This document shows, one piece after another, positions 20,417 to 29,033 of a stretch of 64,000 bases of DNA. The translations under genes and the position numbers were made by a program. The first letter of the stretch is position 1. Each line of letters starts with the position of its first letter. Under the pieces are notes generated by a model. It made no database searches. It was not told the DNA's origin and worked only from the letters and a program-made list of their open reading frames with translations. The stretch is from Candidatus Limnocylindria bacterium (GTDB lineage Bacteria > Chloroflexota > Limnocylindria > P2-11E), in assembly GCA_036002305.1 (NCBI GenBank), contig DASYTL010000020.1, positions 35,852 through 99,851 on the forward strand, given 5' to 3'.

Positions 20417-23400
20417 TTATCCGGCTGGGATGAGCTGCGCCTCGCTCGGTCCGGCCGCGTTGTCGATGTACACGATCATGAGGCCCTTCGGCGTCGAAAG
20501 GTCCCACTCCGTGGCACTCGTGGTCGTGGTGGTTGGCACGGTGGCGCCGGGTGCGATCCCGAATAGGCCCGTGCTGGCGCTGATCGCCGCTGTAAACGCG
20601 TTGTAGGCACCCGTCTCGCCCAGGACGTTGTCGTCCGGCCCGCGGAAGTTAAAGGCGACGGCTCGGTACGTGAAGCGCGGCGCCGTTGCGGTACGCCCGA
20701 AGTCTGCCGCGCGGAAGGTCAGGATGATGGTGCTCTGGTCCGACGACGCGTTCGCGAGGAAGAGCGCCGTGGTGGTCCCGGTCGCGACGTTGAACACGAA
20801 CGAGACGTACTGGCCGTCGAATGCGCCGGCGGTCACCAGACCGAAGTCCGCTGCGAAGCCGATGTAGTCGGCGACCCCGTCCCCGGTTGTGTCGATGTAG
20901 AGATCGACTTCCCCGACCGATGCGGTCGAGTTCCGCTCGTGGAAGTTGATCGCAAACTGCAGGACCCGGCCGAGAGTCGGGTCGTTCAGGCCACGGACGC
21001 CCACCGCGCGGATGTCAAAGTGATCGACCGAGGCCTCATCCGCGTCGGCGATGCCCCAGGTGAAGAGGCGCGCGGTCCCGGCGTTCGCAACGGGGTTGGT
21101 CAGCGTGACGGTGTTGGTGGCGTTCGCCTTGGCTAGCGCGGGCGAGACGGCCGCGCCGACGTTCGCGGCGACGCGCGGAACGAAGTAGTACGCGACGTGA
21201 AGAGTGACGCCGTTGTTCTGTCCGGCCGCCGGGGTGAGGTTGACGAGCCCGGCGACCTCGTTGAACGCGGATTGCGATCCTGCCGACCCGGCCGTGGCCG
21301 ACAGGTTGACGGTGAGCGGAGCCGACCCGCCCGCCGGGACCGTCACCGACGAGGCCCCGAAGCTCACGGCCGCCGGGATCGACGTACTCGGCGCCGCAGC
21401 CGGCGCGAACGTCATCGCCGCGGAGCCATGGTTGCGGATCGTGAGCGTCCGGCTGGCGGTGTAGGTCGCGCCGGTGATGTGATCGAACCCGAAGTTGAGC
21501 GTTGAAGCGCCGTCGGCGGTCACGGCGACCGCCTGAGTGCGCGTCGACGCCAGCGGCTGTATGAGGCCCGTGCCGCCGCGGCCGGTGCGGTAGCTCGTGA
21601 CCTTGCTCGCGTCTCCGCTGTTCACGATGGCCGCGCGGATGTCCTCCGCCGACCAGCCCGGCTTCGACTGCTTGGTGAGCGCGGCCACGCCCGCGACGTG
21701 CGGCGCCGCCATCGAGGTACCCGAAAGGAACTCGCCCTCCGCCCCGGTGCCGACGGCGGTCGAGAACGTCGACACACCTGGCGCGCTGACGTCCGGCTTG
21801 AGGAAGCTGTCGCCGAGCCGCGGCCCGCTCGAGCTGAACCCGGCGAGTGTACGGAAGCCCGGATTGACGAGCTGCAGACCCGTGAGCGTGGCGGTGCTCC
21901 CGCCGGCCGCTCGGGCCAGGGCCGCGTCAGCGCCGCGAATCCCGAGGAAGGGGATCGTGACCGTGAAGGGCACGCCATCGTCGGGATTGCTCGTGATCGG
22001 TCCCTCGAGGGGCGGGTAGCCCGCGGCGTTGTTGATCATCGCGACCGCGACCGCGCCGGCCTGTTGGCCGAAGATCGCCTTGGCGACGCGAGCGCACGAG
22101 CCGCGGTTGACGACGACGAGCGTGCCGGGCGCAAGGGCGCCGAAATCGGCGACGCTGCAACCGAGCGACTCGTCTCGAGCGGTAGCCGGATCGTTGACCA
22201 GCACCTTCACATTGGCGTACGCGGTGCCATCCGCGACCGTGGCTTGGTTCGCGTTCAGGGCATCGAGGACGCTCGAATTGCCGAACACGACGTGGAAGCC
22301 TGGAAGCGTTACGTTGGGGTCGATCGCCGCCACGCTGATCGTGCGCAGGCCGGCCGCTGGCGCCCCCACGATGTAGGGGAGGTTCGCCTCGTTGCCGGCG
22401 GACGTGACCACGATCATGCCCCCGGCGGCCGCGTTGTCGGCCGCGACGGCGCTCGCCGCTTCCTTCCGCCCGTACGGCGAGCCAAGCGACATGTTGATGA
22501 CGTCCATGTCGTTGTCGACGGCCCAATCGATCGCGTCAACCGTGAGGGTCGTGCTGCCGGTGCAGCCAAAGACCCGGATCGAGTAGAGGTCGGCGAGCGG
22601 GGCGACGCCCGGCCCGATCCGGAACGTGTTCGCTTCGTAAGCGGCGCTGTCGTATTTGCCCTTGTAGGTCGCCCCGCTGTCGAGGACGCCGAGGCCGGCG
22701 GCAGTGCCGGCGACGTGCGAGCCGTGACCGTTGCAGTCGAGCGGGTTCACGTCGGGGTGCGGCGTGTTTATCGCGGGATCGGTCGAGCTCGCATCGTACG
22801 TATCGCCCGCGAGGTCGACGCCGCCCTTCACCTTCGCTGCCTTCGGGCCGAACTGGCCGGGCGCGGCCTTCTTCGCGTCCTTCTTATTGAAAGCCGCGTA
22901 CGCGCCGTGCGTCCCTGGGCCTCCGAAGTTCGCGTGGAGATAGTCGATCCCTGTGTCGATGATCCCGATCTTGATGCCTTCGCCGCGGAAGCCGGTGGTC
23001 TCCCATGCCTGCGGCGCGGAAATGTATGGGACACCCACCGTGTTCCCCGGCACCACGATCTCGACGGGGTCGACGGCGACGACGCCCGGAAGCGCGCGCA
23101 ACGCCGAGACGCCGGCGAGAGACGTCCTGACCTTCATCGCGTTGATCGCGCTCTGGTACTGACCGACGATGCTGGCGCCCGCGCCGGCGATCTGCGGTGC
23201 CAGGGCGTCCTGCTGCGTCTTGAGGTCCGACTTGATGCGGTCCTTCTCGGCGCGGCTGAGCTTGCGCCCGGCTCGGCCCTGCTCGACGGCAACCGGGTTA
23301 CCTTCCAGGCGCACCGTCACGAGGACGGACTCGTCGCGCGCGCCCTGCGGCACGTAGTCGCCGACGTAGCTCGGGGCGGGCGTCGCTTCTTCCGTTATCT

Positions 23401-23533
23401 CGTCTTCAGCGGAAGCGGGCTGCTGACCGAAGACCACGGACGTCGCAAGAAGCGCCGGAATGAAGATAAGCGCCGGCGCGGACCGTACACGCACCATCGG
23501 TCGTGTGCTCCCTTCCCTACCCAGCTCTGCCAC
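20417..23533 (-). CDS. secreted subtilisin-like (S8) serine protease with PA insert and large C-terminal beta-rich extension
   Basis: 1038 aa. Signal peptide ...QQPASA-EDE. Triad motifs IGIIDTGIDYLH, GHGSHVAGTAAG, GTSMAAPHVAGVAALT. Confidence 0.9.
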   Translation of the reverse strand: MAELGREGSTRPMVRVRSAPALIFIPALLATSVVFGQQPASAEDEITEEATPAPSYVGDYVPQGARDESVLVTVRLEGNPVAVEQGRAGRKLSRAEKDRIKSDLKTQQDALAPQIAGAGASIVGQYQSAINAMKVRTSLAGVSALRALPGVVAVDPVEIVVPGNTVGVPYISAPQAWETTGFRGEGIKIGIIDTGIDYLHANFGGPGTHGAYAAFNKKDAKKAAPGQFGPKAAKVKGGVDLAGDTYDASSTDPAINTPHPDVNPLDCNGHGSHVAGTAAGLGVLDSGATYKGKYDSAAYEANTFRIGPGVAPLADLYSIRVFGCTGSTTLTVDAIDWAVDNDMDVINMSLGSPYGRKEAASAVAADNAAAGGMIVVTSAGNEANLPYIVGAPAAGLRTISVAAIDPNVTLPGFHVVFGNSSVLDALNANQATVADGTAYANVKVLVNDPATARDESLGCSVADFGALAPGTLVVVNRGSCARVAKAIFGQQAGAVAVAMINNAAGYPPLEGPITSNPDDGVPFTVTIPFLGIRGADAALARAAGGSTATLTGLQLVNPGFRTLAGFSSSGPRLGDSFLKPDVSAPGVSTFSTAVGTGAEGEFLSGTSMAAPHVAGVAALTKQSKPGWSAEDIRAAIVNSGDASKVTSYRTGRGGTGLIQPLASTRTQAVAVTADGASTLNFGFDHITGATYTASRTLTIRNHGSAAMTFAPAAAPSTSIPAAVSFGASSVTVPAGGSAPLTVNLSATAGSAGSQSAFNEVAGLVNLTPAAGQNNGVTLHVAYYFVPRVAANVGAAVSPALAKANATNTVTLTNPVANAGTARLFTWGIADADEASVDHFDIRAVGVRGLNDPTLGRVLQFAINFHERNSTASVGEVDLYIDTTGDGVADYIGFAADFGLVTAGAFDGQYVSFVFNVATGTTTALFLANASSDQSTIILTFRAADFGRTATAPRFTYRAVAFNFRGPDDNVLGETGAYNAFTAAISASTGLFGIAPGATVPTTTTTSATEWDLSTPKGLMIVYIDNAAGPSEAQLIPAG

Positions 23534-23618
23534 GTGGCCGTGACGCGCGTCAGTCTGCGGCTTCTGACCCCGCTCAGTAAAGACAACCGGCGACCGCTGC
23601 TACCGGTTCGCTTGCGCG

Positions 23619-23870
23619 CTAGGGAGTCAAGCGAGCGCGCACCGCCGCTTTGATCGTCTTCTGGTCCGGGAATCCGCCATCACGTGTCATCGAGTGCACC
23701 AATTGGCCGCCGACGCTTACATCGAAGGTCCCGGCATCCCAGGGAATGAGCTCGATCGAAGAAAGGCGGGAGCCGAACTCGAGCATGAGGGCCTTCGCAA
23801 GATCGAGCGTCTGCGGCTCGTAGCCGCACTCCGCACAGTACGTGATCCTCACGTTTAGCGGGCCTGTCAC
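23619..23870 (-). CDS. Rdx (SelW/SelT/SelH-like) family redox protein, Cys form
   Basis: 83 aa. VRITYCAECGYEPQ (CxxC encoded by TGT...TGC, with no in-frame TGA). The length and pattern are typical of bacterial SelW-like proteins. Confidence 0.8.
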   Translation of the reverse strand: MTGPLNVRITYCAECGYEPQTLDLAKALMLEFGSRLSSIELIPWDAGTFDVSVGGQLVHSMTRDGGFPDQKTIKAAVRARLTP

Positions 23871-23884
23871 GGATAGCGGCGCAT

Positions 23885-24484
23885 CTACGCCGCGACGCGC
23901 GTGACCAGATCGCGGAGCTCGCGCACCACCTCGCCGTTCGCGAACGGCGTGGTCTCCTCCCGCATCCGCTGGAGCTCCGCCGCCAGGCGCGCCCGCACAT
24001 CTTCGGGAAGCTGGTCCACGGGAGCGTCGGGCGAGCCGAACTCGGGGTGCGCCGCGAAGATCTCGCGGCGGCGCTTCGCGCGCAGCTCAGTCACCGACGT
24101 GGGCCGCTCGATCCAGTGGCCGAGCTCACGGAAATCCTTGTCGAAGAACACGAAGACCGGGATCGACTTGAATTTCTCCTGGTTCAGATAGCGCTGCATG
24201 ATGTCGTCGTTCTGGTCGCGCAGGAACACGCGGAGGTCGAGCTTGCCACTCTCCCGCGCGAGCCGGCCGAGCACCGGCAGGTTCGCGATGACGTCGCCGC
24301 ACCAGTCCTCAGCGAGCACCACCACGTTCAGCGGCTGAGGGAGCCCGCGGAACGCAGCTAGGTCGTCCGATCGCAGCTGCAACCGGCGCTCGTTCTCTTC
24401 GAGGCGGTCGAGGTTGCGCGTCATCTGCGCCTTGTAGGCGTCGTAGGTCATTCCGCGGTCGAAGCGAGCGCGATCGATCGTCAT
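23885..24484 (-). CDS. thioredoxin-fold family protein (single-Cys WCGD type)
   Basis: 199 aa. VVVLAEDWCGDVIANLPVLGRLA, IPVFVFFD. 14 nt upstream of the Rdx gene on the same strand. Confidence 0.75.
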   Translation of the reverse strand: MTIDRARFDRGMTYDAYKAQMTRNLDRLEENERRLQLRSDDLAAFRGLPQPLNVVVLAEDWCGDVIANLPVLGRLARESGKLDLRVFLRDQNDDIMQRYLNQEKFKSIPVFVFFDKDFRELGHWIERPTSVTELRAKRRREIFAAHPEFGSPDAPVDQLPEDVRARLAAELQRMREETTPFANGEVVRELRDLVTRVAA

Positions 24485-24551
24485 GGCATGGCCTCCTGAC
24501 GTGATGGTCGCACCACCTCCGACAACGCGCAGGGAGGCCTCGCGATTCCCG

Positions 24552-24800
24552 CTAACGCTTCGAGCGGCTCGCCCTCGCCCGCGCGCCTTTGCGGCCAGCC
24601 CGGGACATGTCGCGCTTCGCGCGCGCTCGTTCGCTCGGTGGCTTCGGCTCCTTCGTCTCGCCCTTTGCGGTCCGCGTCTGGTTCACGGTCGCCGCGGCGA
24701 TGCGCTCCGCCGTTTCCTCTGGACGTCCCCGTCGCTTCAGGTTCGTCTTGATGTGCTCGTACTGGCGTTCACGCTTGTCGGTCCAAGCTTGCTGCGGCAT
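24552..24800 (-). CDS. small basic conserved hypothetical protein
   Basis: 82 aa. WTDKRERQYEHIKTNLKRRGRPEETAERIAAATVNQTR resembles a widespread small actinobacterial protein often labelled plasmid-stabilisation-like (from memory, unverified). Confidence 0.55.
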   Translation of the reverse strand: MPQQAWTDKRERQYEHIKTNLKRRGRPEETAERIAAATVNQTRTAKGETKEPKPPSERARAKRDMSRAGRKGARARASRSKR

Positions 24801-24844
24801 ATCGACGACACCTCCGCACCCGGATGTGCAAGCGGCGTGCGCGC

Positions 24845-25492
24845 TCAGGCGCCGAGGCGCGCGACGTCGAGCATCAGCAGATCGGCGATGCAGTCGACCG
24901 CGATGTCGGGCGGCGGGTCAGCCTCCTCGGCGGCGTAGTGGCCCTGGCGGACGTGGACCGTGGTCACCCGGGCGCCGAGACCGGCCTTCGTCCGCGCGAG
25001 AAGCGCCGCCTTGTCGTCGATGTGCGCGTATTGCTCCGCCGGGAACCGAATCTGGACCTCGGCGAGGCGACCCTCTTTGTGCTCGTAGACCAGGACGTTG
25101 CCGCGGACCGCGTTGAAAAGGCCTGCCCGCGCGATCTTCATCGGCTGGTAGACGCGGTCGCCGTCCGAGAAGATCGCGGGCTCGCCTCGCGTCCAGAGCC
25201 TCGCGATCACGTCGAGCGCGCCCGGGTAGAGATAGCGGTCGTACGGCAGGTCGAGCACGGCGCGGTCGACATCGGCGACGGGCGGCTCGTCGCGGTATGC
25301 CCGGCGGAAGCGCCTCAGGGTCTCGGGATAGTCGACGACCCCCATCTCGCGACGGACTTCCTCGTACAGCGACCAGAACCGCGCCGCGCGATCACGTCCA
25401 ACGAGGTCACGGATCGCGCGCTCGAGGTCGCCCTTGGCGCGGTCGTTGTCGAGGAGCGTGTTGTCGACATCGAAGAGGAAGACCAGCGCCAT
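24845..25492 (-). CDS. HAD superfamily hydrolase
   Basis: 215 aa. Motif I FLFDVDNTLLD. Later SDGD and DDK motifs. Confidence 0.8.
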   Translation of the reverse strand: MALVFLFDVDNTLLDNDRAKGDLERAIRDLVGRDRAARFWSLYEEVRREMGVVDYPETLRRFRRAYRDEPPVADVDRAVLDLPYDRYLYPGALDVIARLWTRGEPAIFSDGDRVYQPMKIARAGLFNAVRGNVLVYEHKEGRLAEVQIRFPAEQYAHIDDKAALLARTKAGLGARVTTVHVRQGHYAAEEADPPPDIAVDCIADLLMLDVARLGA

Positions 25493-25506
25493 CTCGGCGC
25501 CTCAGG

Positions 25507-26188
25507 CTATGCGCTGCGGGCGGTGGTGGAGCGTGTCGTGTCGGCGAACGGGCTGTAACCGAACCAGCGCGCGAAGCCGCGCACCGCCGGAGGGGCACCC
25601 TCGAGCGCGACCGCGCCTGAGCGGAGCGCCGCGCTGAGGGCGAGCCGGCCGGCGAACAGGCGATTCATCGTGGAGAGGTCGGTCGCGACGACCAGATCGG
25701 CGTCGAAGCCCGGGTCCTCGGTGCAGACGCTGGGCTCGCGGTCTTCGGACAGCAGCCAGTTGGTCGAGGGCCGCGGCGGGCCGAACTCGAACCGGACGAG
25801 GAACCGGCAGGGCGTCCCGTCGGACATGGCGGGCGACCCAGACGAGAAGGACCCGGGCATCCAGCTCGCGGCGCACGGGGTCGCGCGAGTAGTTGCGCGC
25901 CGCCCAGTCGCCGAGCGCGAGGAGCGCGGGCTTCAGGTCCTCCCCGATATCGGTGAGCCAGTACTCGTTCCGGCCATCAGCGGCTCTGCGGCGCTCGACG
26001 ATCCCCTCCCGTTCGAGCGAGCGCAGTCGCTGCGAGAGCAGGGTGCGCGACATGCTGGGCAGGCCATGCGAGAGCTCGCCGAAACGGTGCGAGCCCTCGA
26101 CGAGGTCACGGACCACGAGGAGCGTCCAGCGGTCGCCGAGCACCTCCGCGGCCCTTGCGACCGGGCAGTACTGCCCGTACGTGCGCAT
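25507..26188 (-). pseudogene. HxlR-family wHTH regulator with C-terminal SCP2-like domain, split by an apparent frameshift near 25803-25815
   Basis: The N-terminal frame from ATG 26188 reads MRTYGQYCPVARAAEVLGDRWTLLVVRDL...HVRRDALP. The C-terminal frame (track ORF 25507..25860) reads RFLVRFEFGPP...EDPGFDADLVVATDLSTMNRLFAGRLALSAALRSGAVALEGAP...WFGYSPFA. The two halves together look like one typical protein. They join if one base is removed (or two are added) in gccctgccggttc. Confidence 0.75.
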
Positions 26189-26312
26189 GGCCGGAGTCTG
26201 CCACGAACCGGGGCAACGATCGGTCCATTTTCTGTACTTCCGGCTCCACCCGGTCTTCTCTAGCGTCCTCTCATCCACTAGGCTCACGCACCGTTTGAGG
26301 GAGGTATCGAGC

Positions 26313-27455
26313 ATGCCTGTCACCGCAGAGACCAGGACCGAGACGAAGGATTGGTTCGCTACCGCTCGCGAGCTGGCCACCGACTTCGCGAGCCGGGCCG
26401 CGGACCACGACGCCAACGACACGTTCGTCGCCGAGAACTACCAGGCGCTCAAGGACGCGAAGCTCTTCTCGGCGCCCGTCCCCGCGGAGCTCGGCGGCGG
26501 CGGCGCGGGCTACGGCGCGCATTGCGAGATCATCCGGACGATCGCCAGAGGGTGTGGCTCGACGGCGCTCGCGTACTCGATGCACTCGCACCTGCTGCAG
26601 GCGCTGATCTGGCGACACCGGCACAACGCGACCCCGCCCGCCGAGCCGCTGCTGCGGCGGATCGCGGCGGAGGAGCTCATCCTCGTCTCGAGCGGCGGCT
26701 CCGACTGGCTCGAGGGATCGGGCACCCTGACCAAGAAGAACGGAAGCTACACGTTCAACGCGCGCAAGATTTTCGGGAGCGGCTCTCCGTCGGGCGACCT
26801 GCTCCTCACGACGGGCATCTACGAGGATCCACAGGCCGGGCCGACGGTCCTGCACTTCGGCGTGAACATGCGCGCGCCCGGGGTGAAGGTCCAGGACAAC
26901 TGGCGGACGCTCGGCATGCGCGCGACCGGGTCGAACGACATCGTCATCGAGAACGTCGAGATCCAGGACGCGACGGTCTCCGTCCGGCGGCCGAAGGGCA
27001 AGTGGCACCGGTTCTTCGACGTGATCTCGCCGATCGTGTGGCCGCTGGTCGGCGCCGCGTACCTCGGCGTCGCCGAGGCGGCCCGGGACATCGCGATCGG
27101 CCAGGTCGCGAAGAAGCGGGACGACCCGATCGTCCAGCAGCTCGTCGGCGAGATGGACACCGAGCTCGCGAACGCTCGCATGGCCTGGGAGCAGATGGTG
27201 GCGTTCGGCGCCACCGACTACGAGCCGAGCATCTCGAGCTCCGACGCCGTCTACAAGCGGAAGACGATCTTCTCGCGAGCGGCGGTACGGTCGGTCTATC
27301 TGGCGATGGAGGTGACGGGCGGCGGCTCGTTCTTCCGGAGCGTCGGCCTCGAGCGCGCGTTCCGCGACATCCAGGGCATCCGATTCCACCCGATGCACGA
27401 GCGGCGTCAGTACCAGTTCAGCGGGCGAGTTGCCCTGGGTCTCGATCCCGTCTGA
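26313..27455 (+). CDS. acyl-CoA dehydrogenase family protein
   Basis: Track ORF 25893..27455, trimmed to ATG at 26313 (GAGGGAGG lies 9 nt upstream). 380 aa. Typical three-domain layout (N-terminal helices, middle beta domain NWRTLGMRATGSNDIVIENV, C-terminal helices). Divergent from the HxlR gene. Confidence 0.85.
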   Translation: MPVTAETRTETKDWFATARELATDFASRAADHDANDTFVAENYQALKDAKLFSAPVPAELGGGGAGYGAHCEIIRTIARGCGSTALAYSMHSHLLQALIWRHRHNATPPAEPLLRRIAAEELILVSSGGSDWLEGSGTLTKKNGSYTFNARKIFGSGSPSGDLLLTTGIYEDPQAGPTVLHFGVNMRAPGVKVQDNWRTLGMRATGSNDIVIENVEIQDATVSVRRPKGKWHRFFDVISPIVWPLVGAAYLGVAEAARDIAIGQVAKKRDDPIVQQLVGEMDTELANARMAWEQMVAFGATDYEPSISSSDAVYKRKTIFSRAAVRSVYLAMEVTGGGSFFRSVGLERAFRDIQGIRFHPMHERRQYQFSGRVALGLDPV

Positions 27456-27559
27456 GCGCCACAGCGAAGTGCGTCTGCGGCCGGGAAGCCCGCTACGGCT
27501 TTCCGGCCGCCGCTGGCCTCGACCACCGGTGCGTCCGTCACGCGATCCTCTATCCGCGC

Positions 27560-27742
27560 GTGCGTGACCGCGCGCTAGCCGTCGCCGCGGTCGTCGGCAC
27601 CATCCTCTTCGCGATCAATCAGCTCGACGTCGTTTTCTCAGGCCAGCTCACACCACTTGTCGCCGCGAAGGTCGCGCTCACTTACGCGGTTCCGTACTCC
27701 GTCTCGACGTACTCGGCGCTCGAGGTGAACCGGCTCCGCTGA
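27560..27742 (+). CDS. NrtS-like small membrane protein (nitrate/nitrite transporter NrtS family-like)
   Basis: 3' end of track ORF 26351..27742: ALAVAAVVGTILFAINQLDVVFSGQLTPLVAAKVALTYAVPYSVSTYSALE. The only canonical in-frame start is GTG at 27560. Family-like sequence (CVRHAILYPRV) extends upstream. A CTG at 27452 overlaps the ACAD stop (CTGA). Confidence 0.5.
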   Translation: MRDRALAVAAVVGTILFAINQLDVVFSGQLTPLVAAKVALTYAVPYSVSTYSALEVNRLR

Positions 27743-28472
27743 CCTCGCGAAAGACCCGTTCCGTGTCGGCCGATACCGCGACGCCCGCGTGCTCGAGCGC
27801 CGCCCGGCATTCCTGGATGACGTGTGCGGCCTGCGCGCCGTTCCCACCGGCGGCGAGCGCGCGCATCAGCAGCCGGTATCCGGCCTCGCGGAGCGCATCG
27901 CGCGCGATGAGCGCCCGCGCGGCCCGCTCCGCCTCGGCCGGCCGCCCCTCGTCCAGCTCAGCCTCGACGACCGCCTCGAGCGCCTGCATCTCGATGTCGG
28001 CGAGCGTGCGGCGCTCCCCTTCGATCCACTCGCCGCTTTCGCCGGGGAGGAAGCCGCGCGCCGCGATCTCGTGCGCGATGACCGCCTCGGCCCACGCGCC
28101 GGCGGCATCGCCTCGCCGGCGGATCGCCTGCACGTGGTGGATGGCATCCCAGGCGCGCTCGCGGTCGACAAAGACATCGGCCGGCAGCGCGAGCGTGTAG
28201 CTGCCGGTCGCCGCGCGCAGCTCGACGCCAGGGTCAAGGCGTACGAGGGCCGCACGCAACCGGCTGATAAGCGCGTTCAGGCTCGCGTCGGCGGCCTCCG
28301 GCCCGTCGTCGCCCCAGAGCGCGACCGCGATCTCGCCGCGGCCCACGGGCCGCCGGCGGTTGAGCACAAGATACGTCCAGAGGCGCCGGCCGAGGCGGCC
28401 GGGGAGCGCGGACTCGTCGAGCACGGCGCCGGCCGACTCGATCCGCAGGCGGCCGCAGATGGTCACGCGCAC
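27678..28472 (-). CDS. SARP (AfsR/DnrI-type) transcriptional regulator: OmpR-like wHTH plus BTAD
   Basis: Track ORF 27678..28490. Probable GTG at 28472 (VRVTICGRLRIE). RRLWTYLVLNRRRPVGRGEIAVALWGD. BTAD helices: AWDAIHHVQAIRRRGDAAGAWAEAVIAHEIA...EAGYRLLMRALAAGGNGAQAAHVIQECRAAL. Confidence 0.8.
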   Translation of the reverse strand: MRVTICGRLRIESAGAVLDESALPGRLGRRLWTYLVLNRRRPVGRGEIAVALWGDDGPEAADASLNALISRLRAALVRLDPGVELRAATGSYTLALPADVFVDRERAWDAIHHVQAIRRRGDAAGAWAEAVIAHEIAARGFLPGESGEWIEGERRTLADIEMQALEAVVEAELDEGRPAEAERAARALIARDALREAGYRLLMRALAAGGNGAQAAHVIQECRAALEHAGVAVSADTERVFREVSGAGSPRAPSTSRRSTEPRK

Positions 28473-28534
28473 GCGACAAGGAAACCACAAGGCCGACCGA
28501 GGACACTGACGCCCAGAGCGTTCGGGAGGATGCG

Positions 28535-28834
28535 ATGAAGTACACGGTCACGATCCGCGGGCGGCTTCGCGAGGGACAGGCGGCGGCGAAGAAGTACCAC
28601 GACGACGTGACAAGGGCGACGAAGGATGCGGCGAAGCAGGCCGGCGATCTCACGCATGTGGTCTACCTCGATCCGCAGGATCCGAAGGCCTTCTTCGGGG
28701 TCGACACCTGGTCCAGCCTCGAAGGCCTCCAGAAGTTCGCGGCCTCGCCGCAGATCAAGGAGTTCTTCGCGAAGCTCTTCGACGGCGAGCCCGAGGTACG
28801 CGTGTGGGTCGACTCGGACTGGAACAATTGGTGA
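28535..28834 (+). CDS. small ABM/Dabb-fold-like protein
   Basis: 99 aa. GGGAGGA lies upstream of the ATG. VDTWSSLEGLQKFAASPQIKEFFAKLF resembles antibiotic-biosynthesis-monooxygenase-like domains. Confidence 0.55.
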   Translation: MKYTVTIRGRLREGQAAAKKYHDDVTRATKDAAKQAGDLTHVVYLDPQDPKAFFGVDTWSSLEGLQKFAASPQIKEFFAKLFDGEPEVRVWVDSDWNNW

Positions 28835-28844
28835 CAATCGCCTG

Positions 28845-29003
28845 GTGAAGCAGCTCAAGAGCTTGCGCTGTCCGTGCGGGTTCGAAGTGCGGAGCACGAG
28901 CGAGGACGAGATCGTCCATATGGCTCAGCTGCACGCCAGGAACATCCACGGGCAAGAGATCACCGTCGAGCAGGCGAAGGCACTGATCGAGCTCGCGGCG
29001 TAG
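28845..29003 (+). CDS. DUF1059-like small protein
   Basis: 3' end of track ORF 28626..29003. GTG at 28845. KQLKSLRCPCGFEVRSTSEDEIVHMAQLHARNIHGQEIT matches the DUF1059 pattern (C.C.f.v....eeev......H....H). Confidence 0.55.
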   Translation: MKQLKSLRCPCGFEVRSTSEDEIVHMAQLHARNIHGQEITVEQAKALIELAA

Positions 29004-29005
29004 AG

Positions 29006-29029
29006 CCCTCCGGCGATCCTGCCGGAGGG
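29006..29029. terminator. hairpin between convergent genes (DUF1059-like and HtrA-like)
   Basis: CCCTCCGGC-GATCCT-GCCGGAGGG, a perfect 9-bp stem, filling the 30-nt convergent gap. Confidence 0.55.
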
Positions 29030-29033
29030 CGCG

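Noticed and set aside
21698-23653. 651-aa plus-strand ORF
   Set aside because: Antisense to the second S8 protease, whose triad motifs are clear.
23619-23870. Selenocysteine (TGA recoding) in the Rdx/SelW-like gene
   Set aside because: The redox motif is encoded as TGT...TGC (Cys-Ala-Glu-Cys), and there is no in-frame TGA.
26189-26422. N-terminal extension of the HxlR ORF (track start 26422) and the 5' extension of the ACAD ORF (track start 25893)
   Set aside because: Both extensions run through the divergent partner gene. The internal starts (ATG 26188; ATG 26313 with GAGGGAGG) give proteins of normal length.
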